NCBI RefSeq assembly: GCF_001186125.1
Contig: NW_014040209.1
Span: 1-53,334, forward strand
Origin: Sphaeroforma arctica JP610
Taxonomy: Eukaryota
Length of the DNA: 53,334 nt
Direction of reading: 5' to 3'
The position numbers were made by a program, and so were the translations under genes. The notes under the pieces are model-generated. The model saw only the letters and a list, made by a program, of their open reading frames with translations, was not told where the DNA came from and did not search any database. Positions 53,132 to 53,334 of the stretch are shown here, in pieces (position 1 is the first letter of the stretch; every line of letters starts with the position of its first letter).

Positions 53132-53334
53132 TTGACGCGTTTTATAGATACCTGGACAATCAATGAAATTGTTCCGTAAGATGATATTATCATGAAGACA
53201 TGCAGCAAGTCAAAAAAACATATCTACATATGTATGTTTACTTATATATATATATATATATATAAATGTATATCTATGTATATATACATATACATATATA
53301 TATATGTGTGTGTGTGTGCGCTATATATATATAC

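Overview
Gapped draft-assembly window from an intron-rich, microsatellite-rich unicellular eukaryote. The gene content and architecture would fit an opisthokont protist such as an ichthyosporean, but this is inference only. Four multi-exon genes were reconstructed by hand from splice sites and reading phase. (1) An Atg1/ULK autophagy kinase (minus, ~36.9-53.1 kb) with kinase domain, long disordered linker, Atg8-binding YVIV motif and C-terminal MIT region. (2) An isocitrate lyase/PEP mutase superfamily enzyme with KRCGH (plus, 24198-28701) with a GC-AG first intron. (3) Head-to-head with it, a divergent HIBCH/Ehd3 crotonase-fold protein that lacks the catalytic MPE..PD motif and has a long C-terminal extension (minus, 13349-23637). 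(4) An F-box/LRR gene (plus, 31816-33824). The first ~11.6 kb is transposon-derived: an ~8.1-kb segment bounded by ~19-bp inverted repeats and TTCTTAA subterminal arrays carries a decayed BED-finger (hAT-like) ORF, a THAP domain remnant, an intact orphan ORF and a foldback. It is flanked by unusual 'stutter' DNA made of micro-duplications and palindromes. Introns are packed with minisatellites of 19-128 bp units. No rRNA, tRNA or CRISPR array was seen.
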